Made by a program: the position numbers and the translations under genes. Below, one piece after another: positions 38,501 to 51,782 of a stretch of 64,000 nt of DNA. Each line of letters opens with the position of its first letter. The stretch's first letter is position 1. The notes under the pieces are model-generated. The model made no database searches and was not told where the DNA came from. It saw only the letters and a list, made by a program, of their open reading frames with translations. The stretch comes from Vicugna vicugna (taxonomy: Eukaryota), in contig MU058781.1 in the NCBI GenBank assembly GCA_013265495.1, positions 6,414,522-6,478,521 on the forward strand, read 5' to 3'.

Positions 38501-40739
38501 CTGGGGCTCAGAGAAGGGAATGAGCCCCAATTCTCTTGAGAGATGTGGTTTAGACTCAGGTGTGTCCTACTTCAAACCAAGGTTTGTTTTCATTATGCCT
38601 AAGAATATCAGCTTTGAGAGCCAGGCGTATCTGAGTTGCGATGCCAGATGATCTCAGTCAAGTCACTGAGCATTCCTTGACCTTGTTCCTTCATTTATAA
38701 AACAAGAATAAATAATGCCAATCTTTCCAAGATTTTGTGATGTTTAAATAAGATACAGAATACAAAGTACAGTGTCTGATTTCTAGTTACCAATCAATAA
38801 TTCATTTCCTCCCTCCCCTCGAAACTGATCCTCAGATGATACCCACCTCAGAGGACCTACGCAGGCTTCTGTGGGGTTCGTGACACAGCTTGCTGATGAG
38901 AACTGAATTCTGTTGGCTTAGCTCTAGCCTGTCCGTATGTTTATTCTGGAAAGAACACTCTGTGTGCCAGGAAGAAGGAAAGAGTTTCACCTTTTGGCCT
39001 TTCCTTTGCAGAACTGCATTTTGTACTCTGCAGTGCTAATATGTGATGCTGGAAAGGTACATCTTAGAAATTCAGAGAAATCTTCTATAACCAAGTATGG
39101 GAAATATTTATGTGTTTTTCCTCTCTGAAACTTACTAACTTCTTTTGTGATGTTGGCCAGTGGTAGGGTGCATGTATTCATATTTTAACTTTTTATTTTG
39201 CGGTCACCATAAAGAAATAAGAAACTGACAATATTTTAAAAAATAACTCTCCGGGCTGGAAATTAGAAGGACCCAAGGCTGACAAAAGATACCTAATAGG
39301 GAAAAAAAAAACCCAAAAAACAAGATTGATAAGACACCAAGGTAGTCAAATGGGTATTTGACACTGCAGCTTGTGTATTTTATTCTGTAGTTCTAATCAG
39401 CAGCAAGCGTGTTCTCCTGTACTGTGTGCCAAGGTCCGAGTGTCTGGAATTGAAAGTGAACCATGTAGCCTGTGAGTGGCTGAATTCATGTTAGCCAGTT
39501 GAAGGAAAAAGCAACTTTTATCCCCTTCTAGGTCCTGTTTTGTCCTCACAGATATGCTGATTGACTGCTAGCATGTGATAGACTGGCTAGATCGAACAGA
39601 ATTAACCAAATATTCCATCAAATATTTCAGCCAGCCAAAAATTCTACTTAAGGCTTTTTACTTTACTTAAAAACTCCCCAGCACCTCTGATCCCTGTTTA
39701 CGGCTCCACTCCCTTTTTCATAGCATAATGTGTTTAATATGTGTGTTGTTTACTGTCTGTTCACTGCTCGTAAACCCCGTAGGAGAGGTCTTTTCATTTC
39801 TCACGGATGTGAGGGATTATATCTGCCACAAAGTAGGTGCTCAGTAAACATTTTAACAGAGAATAGGAACCAAAAAAAGCATGATGAGGTCAGGGTAAGT
39901 GGACACCAAGTGGAAAAAAAAAAAACTTGTGAAGGAAAACAGAGGAGGGGGATATAAAAGAAAATGTCTCATAATTTTGTTCACTTATGAGTGAAAAATG
40001 CACATATCAAAACATGAATAACTATTGCCATCTTAGATAAGTTTACTTTTGCTATCCAGATCACATCTGACTTCTCAGAAGGTTCATTTTTATTTATCAC
40101 TTCAACGTTAATTTGTTTATTCATTCATATTCACTCACCTGTTATGTGACAAGCACTGTCTTTAGCATAAAAATGCAAACTAGGTCACCAGCATCCACTC
40201 ATATAACAAGACTAGGTCCACCCCACATCAACCATCTTAAACAGGGTGTCTCCATCCATTACCTCACTTAGTTAAAATGTGATAAAGCCAAGTCCACAAG
40301 TTTGATCTCTCCATGGGCCAGCTAGTTTTAGAATAGAATGAGCAATGGGCCTGGGAAATTAACAAAAATAATTTTACCGCCAACCACAAAGTAAACTCAT
40401 AATCCAGGCTAGCTGTCTTCACAAATGTTTGCTGCTGGCCAGAGTGGATGACTCAGCACAAGTCATCACCAGGAAAGAAAGAGCACAGAGCTCACTCCTT
40501 GCTGACTGCGGGCCAAAAGCACCATCCTTGTATGTGAGAAGCAGCACATTTATACATTGTGTTGCACTGAGTTGAGAATGTGAGAAGATATTCCCAAGCA
40601 AATGCAAGCTAAACAGCGGAAACGAGGAAGGGACCCTTCTTTCGGGGAAAATTTAAGGACATCAGCAGCCACACTCCTAATAAAGTAGTGAATTGTGGCC
40701 CCTGGGAAAGGCTAGTTAAGAATAGATTAAACAGTGTGT

Positions 40740-42175
40740 CTACATCTGAGCTCCTGGTCTTACTGCCAGTCCTGTTCCTTCTGCAATGTCTCCTTCTCAG
40801 GTGAGGGCAACTCTATCCTTCTAGCTGCTCAGGTTGAAAACCAAGGAGTCATTCTGGACTCCTTCTCCACCTCCAATCCAGACTCTTCTTCTGACCATTT
40901 CCGCTGAAGGCACTCTGGTTGCAGCTACCTTCATCTTTCATCCAGATTATTGCAAATTCTCAAATATGATCTCTCTGCTTCTACCTCACCCCCACACACA
41001 CACTACCCCCCAACAATCTAGTCTCAATACCACAGCCAGAGTGATTCTCATAAAAGAAAAGCACATCACATCACTCCTCTGCTCAAAACTCTGGTGATTT
41101 CCATCTCATTCAGGCCAAGAGCCCAAGTCCAAATTTCAAGAGCCTTCCCGATCTGTGCCCCTGCGTTTGCCTCTCCCATCTTTTACCCCACCGCTGCCCC
41201 TCACTCATCCAGCTCCACTGTCTGCCTGTTCTTCCTTGAACACCGCAGACACGTTTCAGCCTTAGGACCTTTGCATTGGTTGTTTCCTCTTGCAGTGGTT
41301 GTATCTGCTTCCCCCGAATGTCAACCTGGAGGATGTCTCCTCCAACTATTTATCCAAATGTCACCTTCTCAATGAGACTGACTCTGGCCATCCTATTTTA
41401 AATTGAAAACTGTCCCCCCTCATGTATTTCTGATCCCCTTCACTCGACTCTGTTTTTTAACACCTAACATACTGTATAATTTATTTATTTATTTATTATT
41501 CATACTGTATAATTTAGTTACTCTCTGTCTCCCACTGGAATAATTCATGTTATATGTCAACTTAACCAGGCCACAGGATACCCAGATATTTGGTCAAACA
41601 TTATTCTGAGTATTTCTGTGAGGATGTTTTTGGATGAGATTAACATTTAAATCAGTAGACTGGATAAAGCACCCTCGTGTGTGGGCCCCATCCAATGGGT
41701 TGAAGGCCTGAATAGAACAAAAAGGCTGACCCTCCCCTGAGTAAGGGAGAATTCCTCCTGCCTGACTGCCCTCAAACTGGGACATCAGCTTTTTCCTGCC
41801 TTTGGACTCAAACTGAACATCAGCTTTCTGAGTCTCAAGATTGCTGGCCTTCAGACTGGAGCTTAAACCAGAGGGTTTCCTGGGCCTCCAGCTTGCAGAC
41901 TGGACACTCTGCACATCGTGGGACTCGTCAGCCTCCATCCCTTATAAAACTATATAAATGTCACATCCTATTGGTTCTGTTTCTATGGGGAATCCTGACA
42001 ACACACCCCTCACCCTGCTTGCACAGAAGAGGGCAGGGACATAAATATCCGTGCAGCGTTTACTGCCGTGAAGCGTCTGTACTGTGTGCTCCCCTGCCCC
42101 AGCCCCTCTCACCAGCCCCGGCACAGAGATGGCACTCGGTATGTATTTGCTGAATAAACGAAGAAACAAATGAAC
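40740..42175 (+). mobile_element. LINE-2 3' region, split by an MLT2 LTR
   Basis: cactcctctgctcaaaactc, ttcagccttaggacctttgca and caaatgtcaccttctcaatgag; resumes after the LTR and ends gtatttgctgaataaa. Confidence 0.7.
41541..42006 (+). mobile_element. ERVL solo LTR (MLT2-like)
   Basis: atgtcaacttaaccaggccacaggatacccagatatttggtcaaacattattctg...ctattggttctgtttct...cctgacaacaca. Confidence 0.88.
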
Positions 42176-42908
42176 CAACAGGTAGCAATCTTTACCTGTA
42201 TCTCTAGGTATACGGTGAACGCAGTCATCTCCATTTTATTACATAATCAAGAACTACAGGCTTTCTGTCGAGTAACTGAGCCAAAGATCAAAGAATGGCC
42301 TTCCTGCTCGTGCTTCACAGAAAGTAGTCCTGGTTGTACATCGTGTTTTTTCACTAGCTTCACCCACGCTGTTAGCCACACCTCCCTTTGGGGGCCCCTG
42401 TGAAAAGCCAAGCACAACCATCCCCAGCGCTGATCAGACTTAGAGTGCGTGTGATCTATGGCATAAGGGGGCCTTACATCAGGAAAAGCTGTGGGGCCCC
42501 TTTGGACTTGGAAGTAGCCAGAAAACCCTCTTGGGTAACAAAGAAGCATGCCCTGGCCATGGGGCTGCACAAAGAGAATAGACAGCTCAAGACTTGAAGA
42601 CGAAAGGCAAATAAAAGCCGTAAGCCATCAGTTTGCCCTGCAGAAGGGACACTGTGGTTCGGCGGCATGGTTTCTAAATAGTCTGCCTTTCCAGACACAA
42701 GGGTGGATATGTGAAAGAAGAAAAAGAAAACAAAGAAGATGAGAAAGAAGACAAAAGAGATTCTAACTGCCAGTGGTGATTAGAAGTGGGGGCAGGGCTG
42801 GCCAGAAAAAGACTGAGGCAGCAATAGAAGATGGAACCTCAGTGGAGAGGGGAGGGTTGTGCCAACAGTCCTCTCAGAGATTATTATAGCTCCTGAAAAC
42901 AACGCTCG

Positions 42909-42958
42909 GTGTGTGTGTGTGTGCATGTGTGTGCGTGTGTGCGTGTGCGTGTGTGTGT
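42909..42958. repeat. Imperfect (GT)n/(GTGC)n alternating purine-pyrimidine tract
   Basis: gtgtgtgtgtgtgtgcatgtgtgtgcgtgtgtgcgtgtgcgtgtgtgt. Confidence 0.9.
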
Positions 42959-45456
42959 TGGAATTGAGAGCGAAAAGACATCTTTGCCTCCATTAAAGGC
43001 CCTTGAAAGTGTTTCCATGGTAATGATCAAGAATAACTGGAGAGGAAGAGGACAAATGAACACACACTGAGCAGCCCTGCAGGCCCCCGTGACTCCCTGA
43101 AGCCACTTCACAGGCCTCTCTAGCAGCCTTTCCCAGAGTCTGTTCCCCAGAATACCCACTGCAAAACTGGGAGGGGCAGGGGGAATGAAGGTTCTGGCGG
43201 TGGGGGGCGGGGAGGGGGGGGACAAAAACCTTGAGAAACCCTCAGGCTAAACAAGTTAAATGGATTTGTTTGGTAACTCCCTTAGTGTTCTGGGGTGAAT
43301 CATGACTCGCCAAAAGGGAGATGCCGCATGCAGAATTCCCTCCCACTCCACAGACCAGGAAGCACTGTTTGTGTTGAGCTGTTGACCAAACTGGAGCCGG
43401 GGCTCTGTCAGATGCACTGTGGGAAGCACTGCTTTTGAGACCAGCAAACAGCAGACTCTTAAGAAGATTGTGCTAACGTTAACAGAGAAAGCAGATTTCT
43501 AATTAAGGATGTTCAGAGCTCTGTATCAGTAGCTTGGTGCAGTAATGGTAAATCTACTCTTGTGGGATGTGTTAAGGCTTACAGGGTAGTTGTTGACATT
43601 TTTTACACCTCCTGAGGTTGAAATGGAACCTATAGATTTACGTCATCTCAGCAATATTCTGCACAAATGAATCTCAAAGAAAAGATCTGGCCATCCCTGT
43701 ACCATGGGCCACTTATCCAGGGGAAAGACAATGACCTAGTAAATGCAGCTGAATGGATGGCTCATGATGGCTTTGGTAGTTTAAACTGAGATTCATCGTT
43801 AGAAAGTAGACGCAACTGGGGAAAACCAAGCAACATGGTATCTGGCATATAGTCCATTCTCAGCAAATGTAGAAAAAAAAATTTATAGCAGTTCAAATTT
43901 TTTTTCTATCTCATAACTAATTTCTGATCACAGATATATACTGTTTTAGATTTTCCCAAGCTGGTGAATTTGAATGATTTTGGCAATTCTCTCCAATTTA
44001 TATCCCTAGAAATTGTGAGTTAGTGAAGTTCCTTTGCATTTAAGCAGAGCACAGTAAGATCTGCTGTTCAGCTTTAATGTTCAGAATCCCATAAAGTAAA
44101 ATTATAGGTGATTATAAAAATTCATCATTGTCAGAAGCCAGATGGTACCTACCCAGAGAGGGGAAAAGTTGATGTCTTTTCAGCTAGGTCCATAAAGTAA
44201 GTTGAAACAATAACAAAGTACAGGATGAGATTCTTCTCAACCATCCAGTGTATTCTCTTACGCTTACTGTGGATAACCAGGTTAAGTGTTTGATTTTCAA
44301 CTTAATTTTCCATTCTGGTTTCTCTCTGCCATGATTTTGGGTGTCTTAATTTGTCACTGCCCATTCTTGACCCACTGCTTCCTTCCTGGATCTCAGATAA
44401 TCTAGCCAATCCCATGCCCCTGCCACGAACCTGGCATTTTTTGGGAACGCATTTTGTCAAGTCCAGGCATCCTGGAGAGATAGACACACTAGAATGTCAT
44501 TCATGTCCCATGTTCAGTCGTTAGCCTGCACAGCAGTGCAGGAATGGGAAAAATGTGTTTTCTCTGGCTGGACTGTTACCTTTTTGTACTATCAGTAAAA
44601 GACTCCCTTCAGAATAACTATAATGAAAACTATCAGCCTCAATGTGAGGAGCCACTAATGTTTTTTGCTTGTTTTTAATGGTCTTCTGACCCCTGTTGTT
44701 GCAGCAAGATTCTGAATATAAGATATTGTAGGGACACAAACTATCATGGGTCACTGTATAAACATTCAGATTTCCACTGACTTTTTATGTCACGTACCTA
44801 CCCTCCTGAGACAAGTCAAACATTGAAAGCTTAGAGAAATCGTGGCCCTTGTATCATGTCAGCAGAACCTGTTCTTGTTCTGACTGATGAATGAATTATA
44901 GGCTTTAAAGTGAGGACTTCCCCAGATACTGCAGCACAAAAACTAAACATGATGAGAGGTAGGGCTCACACCTGTGATGAAGACAAAAACCAGGAAGTGG
45001 GAACTGACAAAGATGTGTCCATCGTTCGTTGGGTTAATGGCCCCAAAATCCAAAATAAGGTTTTGAGTGACTCCAATAAGTTAAAATCCGTTGATAAGCA
45101 ACAGTGTGATTTGTGACCCGAAGAGTAAGAAGAGGACTTTGGAGAAGGCTCTTTAGCCTGTGGTTTGCTGAATGCCTTCGCAGAAAAGACTTTACACTAA
45201 AAATGCCCACTTTTCCTGGGTCCCAGTGCAATACTAAATTATATTTCATATACATGGGTGCCTGTCATTATTATTTTCTATGCTTTTCTGTTTGTCCAAA
45301 ATAGTTTGTTTTTTAAATATTATTACTGCAAAAATGTGCTGATGGGTATAATGGGTTGTTGACAGATTTGTATGTGTGGAAGCTTCTCTCGTAGGTATCA
45401 GGAGAATGCAGTTCATTCTCAAAAGCAATTCATTCCTTTTACTCTTTAAGAATGAG

Positions 45457-45872
45457 TTTTTTAAACTGAAGTATAGTTGATTTACCATGTTATATTATTT
45501 TCAGTGTACAATAGAATGATTCGATATTTTTATAGATTATACTCCATTTAAAGTTATTATAAAACACTGGCTATATTCTCTGTGCTGTGCATTACATCCT
45601 TGTATCTTATTTATTTTACACCTGATAGTTTGTACCTCTTAATCCCCTTCCCCCATCTTGTCCCTCCCCCTACCTCTCTTCCCAGTGATAGCCACTAGAT
45701 TGTTCTCTGTATCTATGAGTCTGTTTCTTTTTTGTTATATTCATTCGTTTTATTTTTCAGATTCCACTTATAAGTGAAAACATAAAGTATTTGTCTTTCT
45801 TTGTCTGAATTATTTCACTTAGCATAATACCCTCCAGGTCCATTCATGTTGTTGCAAATGTTAGAATTTGAT
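45457..45872 (-). mobile_element. 5'-truncated L1 3' end
   Basis: ctgaagtatagttgattt...cagattccacttataagtga...cacttagcataataccctccaggtccattcatgttgttgcaaatg; flanking repeat tctttaagaatga (45443-45455 / 45873-45885). Confidence 0.85.
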
Positions 45873-45940
45873 TCTTTAAGAATGATTTTTAAGGAGTAAA
45901 AGCAAAAAAAAAAAAATCTTCGGGATTATTGTGTGTATTT

Positions 45941-46085
45941 TTTTCTTTTGGGGGGAGGAGGAGGCAATTAATTTTATTTATTTGTTTGTTTGTTTTGTTT
46001 GTTTATTAAGGGAGGTACTGGGGACTGAACCCAGGACCTTGTGCTTGCTAAGTACACACTCTACCACTGAGCTATACCCTCCCCC
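45941..46085 (-). mobile_element. tRNA-Ala-derived SINE (vic-1-like)
   Basis: Reverse complement of the same head (ctaccactgagctataccctccccc; gggactgaacccaggacc) with a T-rich tail and a degenerate TSD. Confidence 0.88.
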
Positions 46086-49000
46086 AACTTGAGTATATTT
46101 TTAAGAAAGTTTAGCCGTCATAAAATAAGATACATATGTGGAATGTAAAGCCTTAAGAACATATATTTTCCAAGGGATTTGTCATAAATGCAATATAATT
46201 GCAGCCATCATAGCATAATGTACATTCATGGAACTCAGATTTATTTAGATTGACTTCTGTAACAGTTTTGCAAATGTTTTAAAATTTCAAGTTGTCTTAA
46301 ATGTACAAATATTTTTTAAAGTATTATCATGAGGCATATTCTGAAAACTCCAAAATGATCCTGGACTGTGGAAAATTTTTATGTAAGAGGAACATTGAAG
46401 TGAAACTAGCCTAGAGAAATATCTACAATTGCACCAAAGCAAGTTAACTCAAATTAACACTTCTTATAAAAAAAATTTGCTCTTGACTTAACATGGTGTA
46501 AACAATTACTTCATTTATTAGAATGTGCCCAAGTGATATATTTTTGGAAGCAAACATTGTTCCTGATTTGGGTGACCTTTGCCTAAGAAGATGTTAACTA
46601 TTCTTCTTCATCTGAATAATTTATTCTGATCATTTCTGAACATGTTTTCCTGAAGCATCTTTCCTGATGGCAAGAAGGAGTCTTAATATTTTTTGATTAT
46701 CTATAAATTTAATAGCACCTATATGAAATTTTTCTACCATTGAAGGTGCAAAACTGGTTAGAATGTTTTAAAACTTTTCCCTTCATTACAGAAGAAATGC
46801 AAGTACATATTAGAAAATTTAGAGTATATGGGTAAGCCAATAAAATAAAAAATTCTGTGTTAACACTGTGAAGTAGATCTTTCCATATGTTTTCTGTGCT
46901 ATATATTCATATGCATATACACACATGCACTGAAATAGTCAACTGGTAAAACTTTGTACAAAAACACATAAGCCAAAGTAATAGTGATTGATGTTTGCTT
47001 GTATAGTTGCCTAAGAGGTACTCCTTGAGATGAGCTTTCTTAGAACTTATTAATATAGGGGGCCCAAATATTTAAAAGTCCAATGTTTACTTTAATGCTG
47101 TTAACTTTGCCTGAGTTGTAATGCCTTTGTAGTATTTGTAATGCCTGTATTTCAAACATCCTTTTTAAAAACGAGAGTTTCACAGTACTTGCCAATATAT
47201 TGATGGGTTTTTGTCTTTGTGCTTGCTTGTTGTAATACTGCTTGTATTTCAACTCTTAAGACTATTCCTTATGGTCTTAATGGCCATTATTTTAAAGTAA
47301 TTATTGTCATTTTTGAAGGAACTCTAATCATCCTATCTGCAAGAGAAGAAATCAACGTTTAGCAGTGTTTTTCTCCATGTGGTGGAATTAAGGGTGTTTA
47401 TCGTTTACTTATGTTTTTCCATCTGTCTTTTCCAATGTTTCACAAAGAGCATGTAATCAGAGAAAGAAGTGATTTACAGAAGATTGATCCATTTTCTGCC
47501 TGATATAGAACCACATAAGAACCATGGATTCCAGAAATAACAAGCTCATTTCGTTTTACTCAATGACACATCCCTGAGGTCAAACTCCCAGAGTTTGTTC
47601 CATCCCTTACAAAACAGCATGAGTAGAAATTTGGTTTTCCTTTTTGGGTAAAGTTTCTACAAAGCTTGCTGATAAAGCTCTTTAATTTTACTTTCTGTAA
47701 AACAATTATTTCTGGAGCTAAACTGAGATGAACCTGATAATGGGTCTCAATTCTTCAACTTTAGAGCAGAAGCTAGGGTCATAAAGACATAGAGTCCTGA
47801 AATACTCTCAAAAGTACAGTCCCATCAAGCTAAGAGCACCCTTGGAAACATTTGCTGAAACTTGCAGTCTGCACATGCATCTCCCCCATTTTGGTTGTTT
47901 TCACCTTCTGTTAAAGCCACAGAAACCTGGGGAAGGGCAGGGGAGAGTTTTCAGCTAATCTTCATATGAGTCTTGAAAAATGATTTTCTTTCAGGGAAAC
48001 GTCTCTCAGAATAAAAGGAACTTGAGTGATAAGTTTACAAAAAACTAACATGGGTGAGATCTATGTAAAAACTGGTCGATTTGAAGTCATCCAAAAGGCA
48101 CACTAGCTTCTAACTATGTCTGCAAAGCCACCACCAATGCATGCCATTCAGAAACCCAGGATGCCTCTGAAATTTATCTTCTAGCCGAGGACAGCCTTTT
48201 TGTAGTGTTAACTGACATCAGTGCAATTCAACCTGTATTTGTTGAGTATGCTTAATACAGGCTTAAAACCACAACAGGTGGAAGTACCTCTAACAGATGG
48301 TGCCCCCACCCCCACTCACTTTTCACCTGACATCCCACACGATCAGCCTTGATGGAAATCACACCATAGCTCCAACGTTCTTGCTCTGTTTTTGATTCCA
48401 GCTGTGACAGTTCAGGATGAGCTGGAGAATGTAAGCCTCCTTTAAAGTACACGAGAAATCTATTGGCACAGAATAAAAGCTGCACTGTTTATTAGGGTTG
48501 TGCAAATAACCGTTGGACTTAGTCCTCTCAGTTCTACTTTTTTTTTTTAAATGAGGACAATTCTTCATGCAATTGCCAAACTAAGGCAAAAGGAAACTTT
48601 CTCAATCTTTATGGTGCTTTCATCAGATAACCAATATAAAATATCTTCCAGAATACTCAGTCTTCTCGGACTTTCGAGTTTGTTCTTGGGAAGTTAGAGA
48701 TAAACAAAGATGGCCTTAATAAATCTATCTCATGTTGTAAATACACAGTTTCTGGTTCTTTTTCCCCTTGGGGCAGTAGGCCAGCTATCACTAACAATTC
48801 AGATATTCTGGCCTTTCTCAAGCCTTTTCTTGATGTTATTGCATCAAGAATATTATGGCTGAGCAAATCGTTGGAGAAAATTAGGATGCTTTTTAGTATA
48901 ATTAAAAATCAGCTGCCTTCTGGGAAAACCTATATAACACACCTTTGACTGGGCGTTGAATTTGGACAAAAAAGAACCCCTTGAAGAGGGAAATGTTTTG

Positions 49001-49173
49001 CTTCCAAAGACTGAATTCCAGGGAGGGGTATCTAAGCCTGACTTCTGGCAGCCGTTAACCAACAAACGTGGAAGAGTTGTGTTTGGAGCAGGGATGTTTA
49101 GAGACGTTTTGTTTGTTTTATTGCTGTTGAGGGTTTAGGGGTGTTTGCTTTCCCTGTACTGTTATTATGCGCT

Positions 49174-49558
49174 TATATTCGTTTGCTAGTGTTGCCAGAA
49201 CAAAGTACCACACTCTGGGTGGCTTAAAGAACAGAAATGTATTTTCTCACAGTTCTGGAGATCGGTAGTCTGAGATCAAGGTGTCTGCAGGGTTGGTTTC
49301 TCCTGAAGCCTCTCTTCCTTTGTTTATAGACAGCCGTCTTCTCCCTGTGACCTCACATGATCTTCCCGTGTGAGTGTCTGCATCCTCATGTCCTTATGAA
49401 GACATGTGTCACATTGGATTAGGGTCCACTCTAATGACCTCATTTTAATTTAATTACCTTTTTAAAGATCCTATCTCCAAATACAGTCACATTCTGAGGT
49501 ACGAGGGGTTAGGACTTCAACATTTAAATTCGGAAAGGACACAATTCAGCCCATAATA
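49174..49558 (-). mobile_element. MaLR solo LTR (MLT1A-C-like)
   Basis: acaaagtaccacactctgggtggcttaaa...ctcacagttctggag...gtcacattctgaggtacgaggggttaggacttcaaca...ggacacaattcagcccataa. Confidence 0.88.
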
Positions 49559-49734
49559 ATCCTGATTCAGGGTCTTCATGTCAAATCTGTAAGACCTTTT
49601 CTTTGTAGTGACCAGAAGGGAAAGTGAGAAGGTGGGAAGGTATTCATGAATTTTCCACAAGACCTGGCTGGCTTCTGCAGCAACCTTTTTTGTTTTTCCC
49701 CTCCTTCAATATGGAAGAATTTTTGAAGTCCACT

Positions 49735-50225
49735 TAACGTTGAAGGCATTATGCTAAGTGAAATAAGTCAGAGAAAGGCAAATGTTGTATGATCTCACTT
49801 ATATATGGAATCTAAAAAAACAAACAAAAACCCACCAAACTCAGAAAAAGAGAGCAGATTTGTGGCTACCAGAGGTGGGAGCTGGGGGAAGTAGAAATGG
49901 GCAAAAGGTATAAACTTCCAGTTATAAGATAATTAAGTACTAGAGATGTAATGTACAACATGATGACTGTAGTTAACACGGCTGTATGACATGTAGGTAA
50001 GTTGTTAAGAGAGTAGATCCTAAGAGTTTCTCACAGGGAGAAACTTTTTTTCCTTTTCTTTTCATTGTATCTGTATGAGATGATAGATATTAACTAAACC
50101 TATTATGGTAATCATTTCACAATATGTGTAAATCAAACTATCATGCTGGTTTGATCTGCATGTATTTACACCTTAAACTTACAGTGATGTATGTCAATTA
50201 TTTCTCCATAAAACCGGGGAGGGAA
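49735..50225 (+). mobile_element. L1 3' end (L1MA9/10-like or related)
   Basis: gcattatgctaagtgaaataagtcagaga...gatctcacttatatatggaatct...aaacttccagttataagataa; flanking repeat aagtccact (49726-49734 / 50226-50234). Confidence 0.85.
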
Positions 50226-51359
50226 AAGTCCACTGAGAACTTTGAGAACACTTTGCTCTCTTTCCCTGTATTTCTTTTTGTTTCTCCCAAACAAAAACAT
50301 GCCTCTTTCCATCTGCAGATCTCAGTTAGGAAAATATTTTTCTTGCTTTTGCATAGCAGTGGTAGGAAAGCGCTGGTCGGTGAATCTGGCCAATTAGAGA
50401 CTTTTAAATGGCAGATACCTGGGAGATCACTTACTGTTTGTCAAGCATCCATCTTGTACCTGACTCCCTACCAAGCAAGAGCTGATGTGTTCTCTCATTT
50501 ACTCCTTCTTATAGCCGTGTGAAGTGGGTACCATTATCAACACTGTTTTGCAAACGGAATCATGGACTCACAGACAAGCATGGTCATTTGTGTGAAGTCC
50601 AAGAGCGTAGTACACTGAGGAGCAAGGACTGGAACCCACACAGCCTAACCCACACCTGAGCCCCTAGTCTCTTCCCTGTACCATCCCCGAGTCTTGCTGG
50701 CAGGGGAGAAACCTGTAAGCATATTTTTCTCAGTTCCCCGCATAGAAAATTGTCTCGTGGAAGACTGGGTTCTTGCTGCTGCCCTTCTGACACTTGACAG
50801 CTGGTCTTAGTAAGTTACCACTCTGGGCCTGTATCCCAGTTATGTAAAATGGGAGAATTAGATTAGGTCCATGTTTCTCAAACTTTTAGATGGAGATTCA
50901 TAATAAGAACTACATTTTATTTTCTGCAGCCCAGAGCACACGTGCGCACGCAAACTCTGTAACTGAAACGAAGGCTCATAAAATACTCCCCCTTTACTAC
51001 ATGTAATAAATGCCTTCTTATATTTTCTACTTTATTCTATTTCAGTTACTTTTTAAAATATTGATTGTGACCTACTCAGTGGAGTCTGTCAAAAGGCTGA
51101 ACTAGATGATCTAATTTAGACTCCTGAAACCCTAAAGTCCCGTTAGCCTACGTGGATGTTTATTTGGAGCCTTTCTTATCTTAAATACATAGTCATTTAT
51201 TTGAAGCAAAAGACTGCTGTGTACTGCACAGGACATCATTTTTACCTCTAGTCTGAGCTAACTGCATAGTAGTAATTATACGAATCACTTCCATCTATTA
51301 TGTACATCCCATATGCCAGGGGTTTAGAATACCACTTCCTCGGTAGCCTATAAGCTGTA

Positions 51360-51490
51360 GGCTTTATTATCTCTGATTTACAGATGAGAGCAAGGCTCTG
51401 TCTGCATAAGTAATTTGCTCAAGGTCACATAGGTAGTAAGTGGCAGAGCGGAGATCTGAACCAAGGACATGCTAATTCCAAAGCCCATAC
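51360..51490 (-). mobile_element. MIR SINE core
   Basis: tttacagatgagagcaaggct...aagtaatttgctcaaggtcacataggtagtaagtggcagagcggagatctgaacc is the reverse complement of the MIR core. Confidence 0.8.
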
Positions 51491-51622
51491 GTAACATTTT
51501 GTGTAGGGGAGGGCATCTCAAGGAGTCAAGAAGAAGTGAGGTCTGGAAGTTATTGCCGCTGAACGTTATTTCTTCCTTAATAGGCAAAAACAACTATCTT
51601 TTCAGGTGTTAAACTACCACTA

Positions 51623-51782
51623 AAGCAGTGATTAAAATCTGCACCTGGGAGCTTTTGCAATTCTCCCCACAACCCAAGCCCCCTCCAGACCAGTTAAATC
51701 GGCGTCTCTGGGGGTGGGACCCAGCCCTCTGTGTTTGAAAGCTCCCGGGTGATTTCAATATGTAGCCAAGGTTGAGAACCTT
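51623..51782. mobile_element. MER5-like hAT-Charlie element
   Basis: aaagcagtg...cacctgggagctt...ccagaccagttaaatc...ctgggggtgggaccca...gtgatttcaatatgtagccaaggttgagaacc. Confidence 0.7.

Noticed and set aside
40255..40330. Degenerate tRNA-like string as an ncRNA
   Set aside because: Too diverged to fold as a tRNA; at best an ancient tRNA-derived SINE relic that I cannot assign with confidence.
41468..41516. 16-bp direct repeat around (TTTA)n as a tail-only retroposon
   Set aside because: The unit resembles the surrounding L2 sequence, so a small local tandem duplication is the simpler explanation.
9111..51584. Other perfect CArG boxes (9111, 32477, 51575) and scattered TGAGTCA sites as an enrichment
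   Set aside because: Counts are about what base composition predicts for 64 kb, and two of the CArG matches lie inside repeats.
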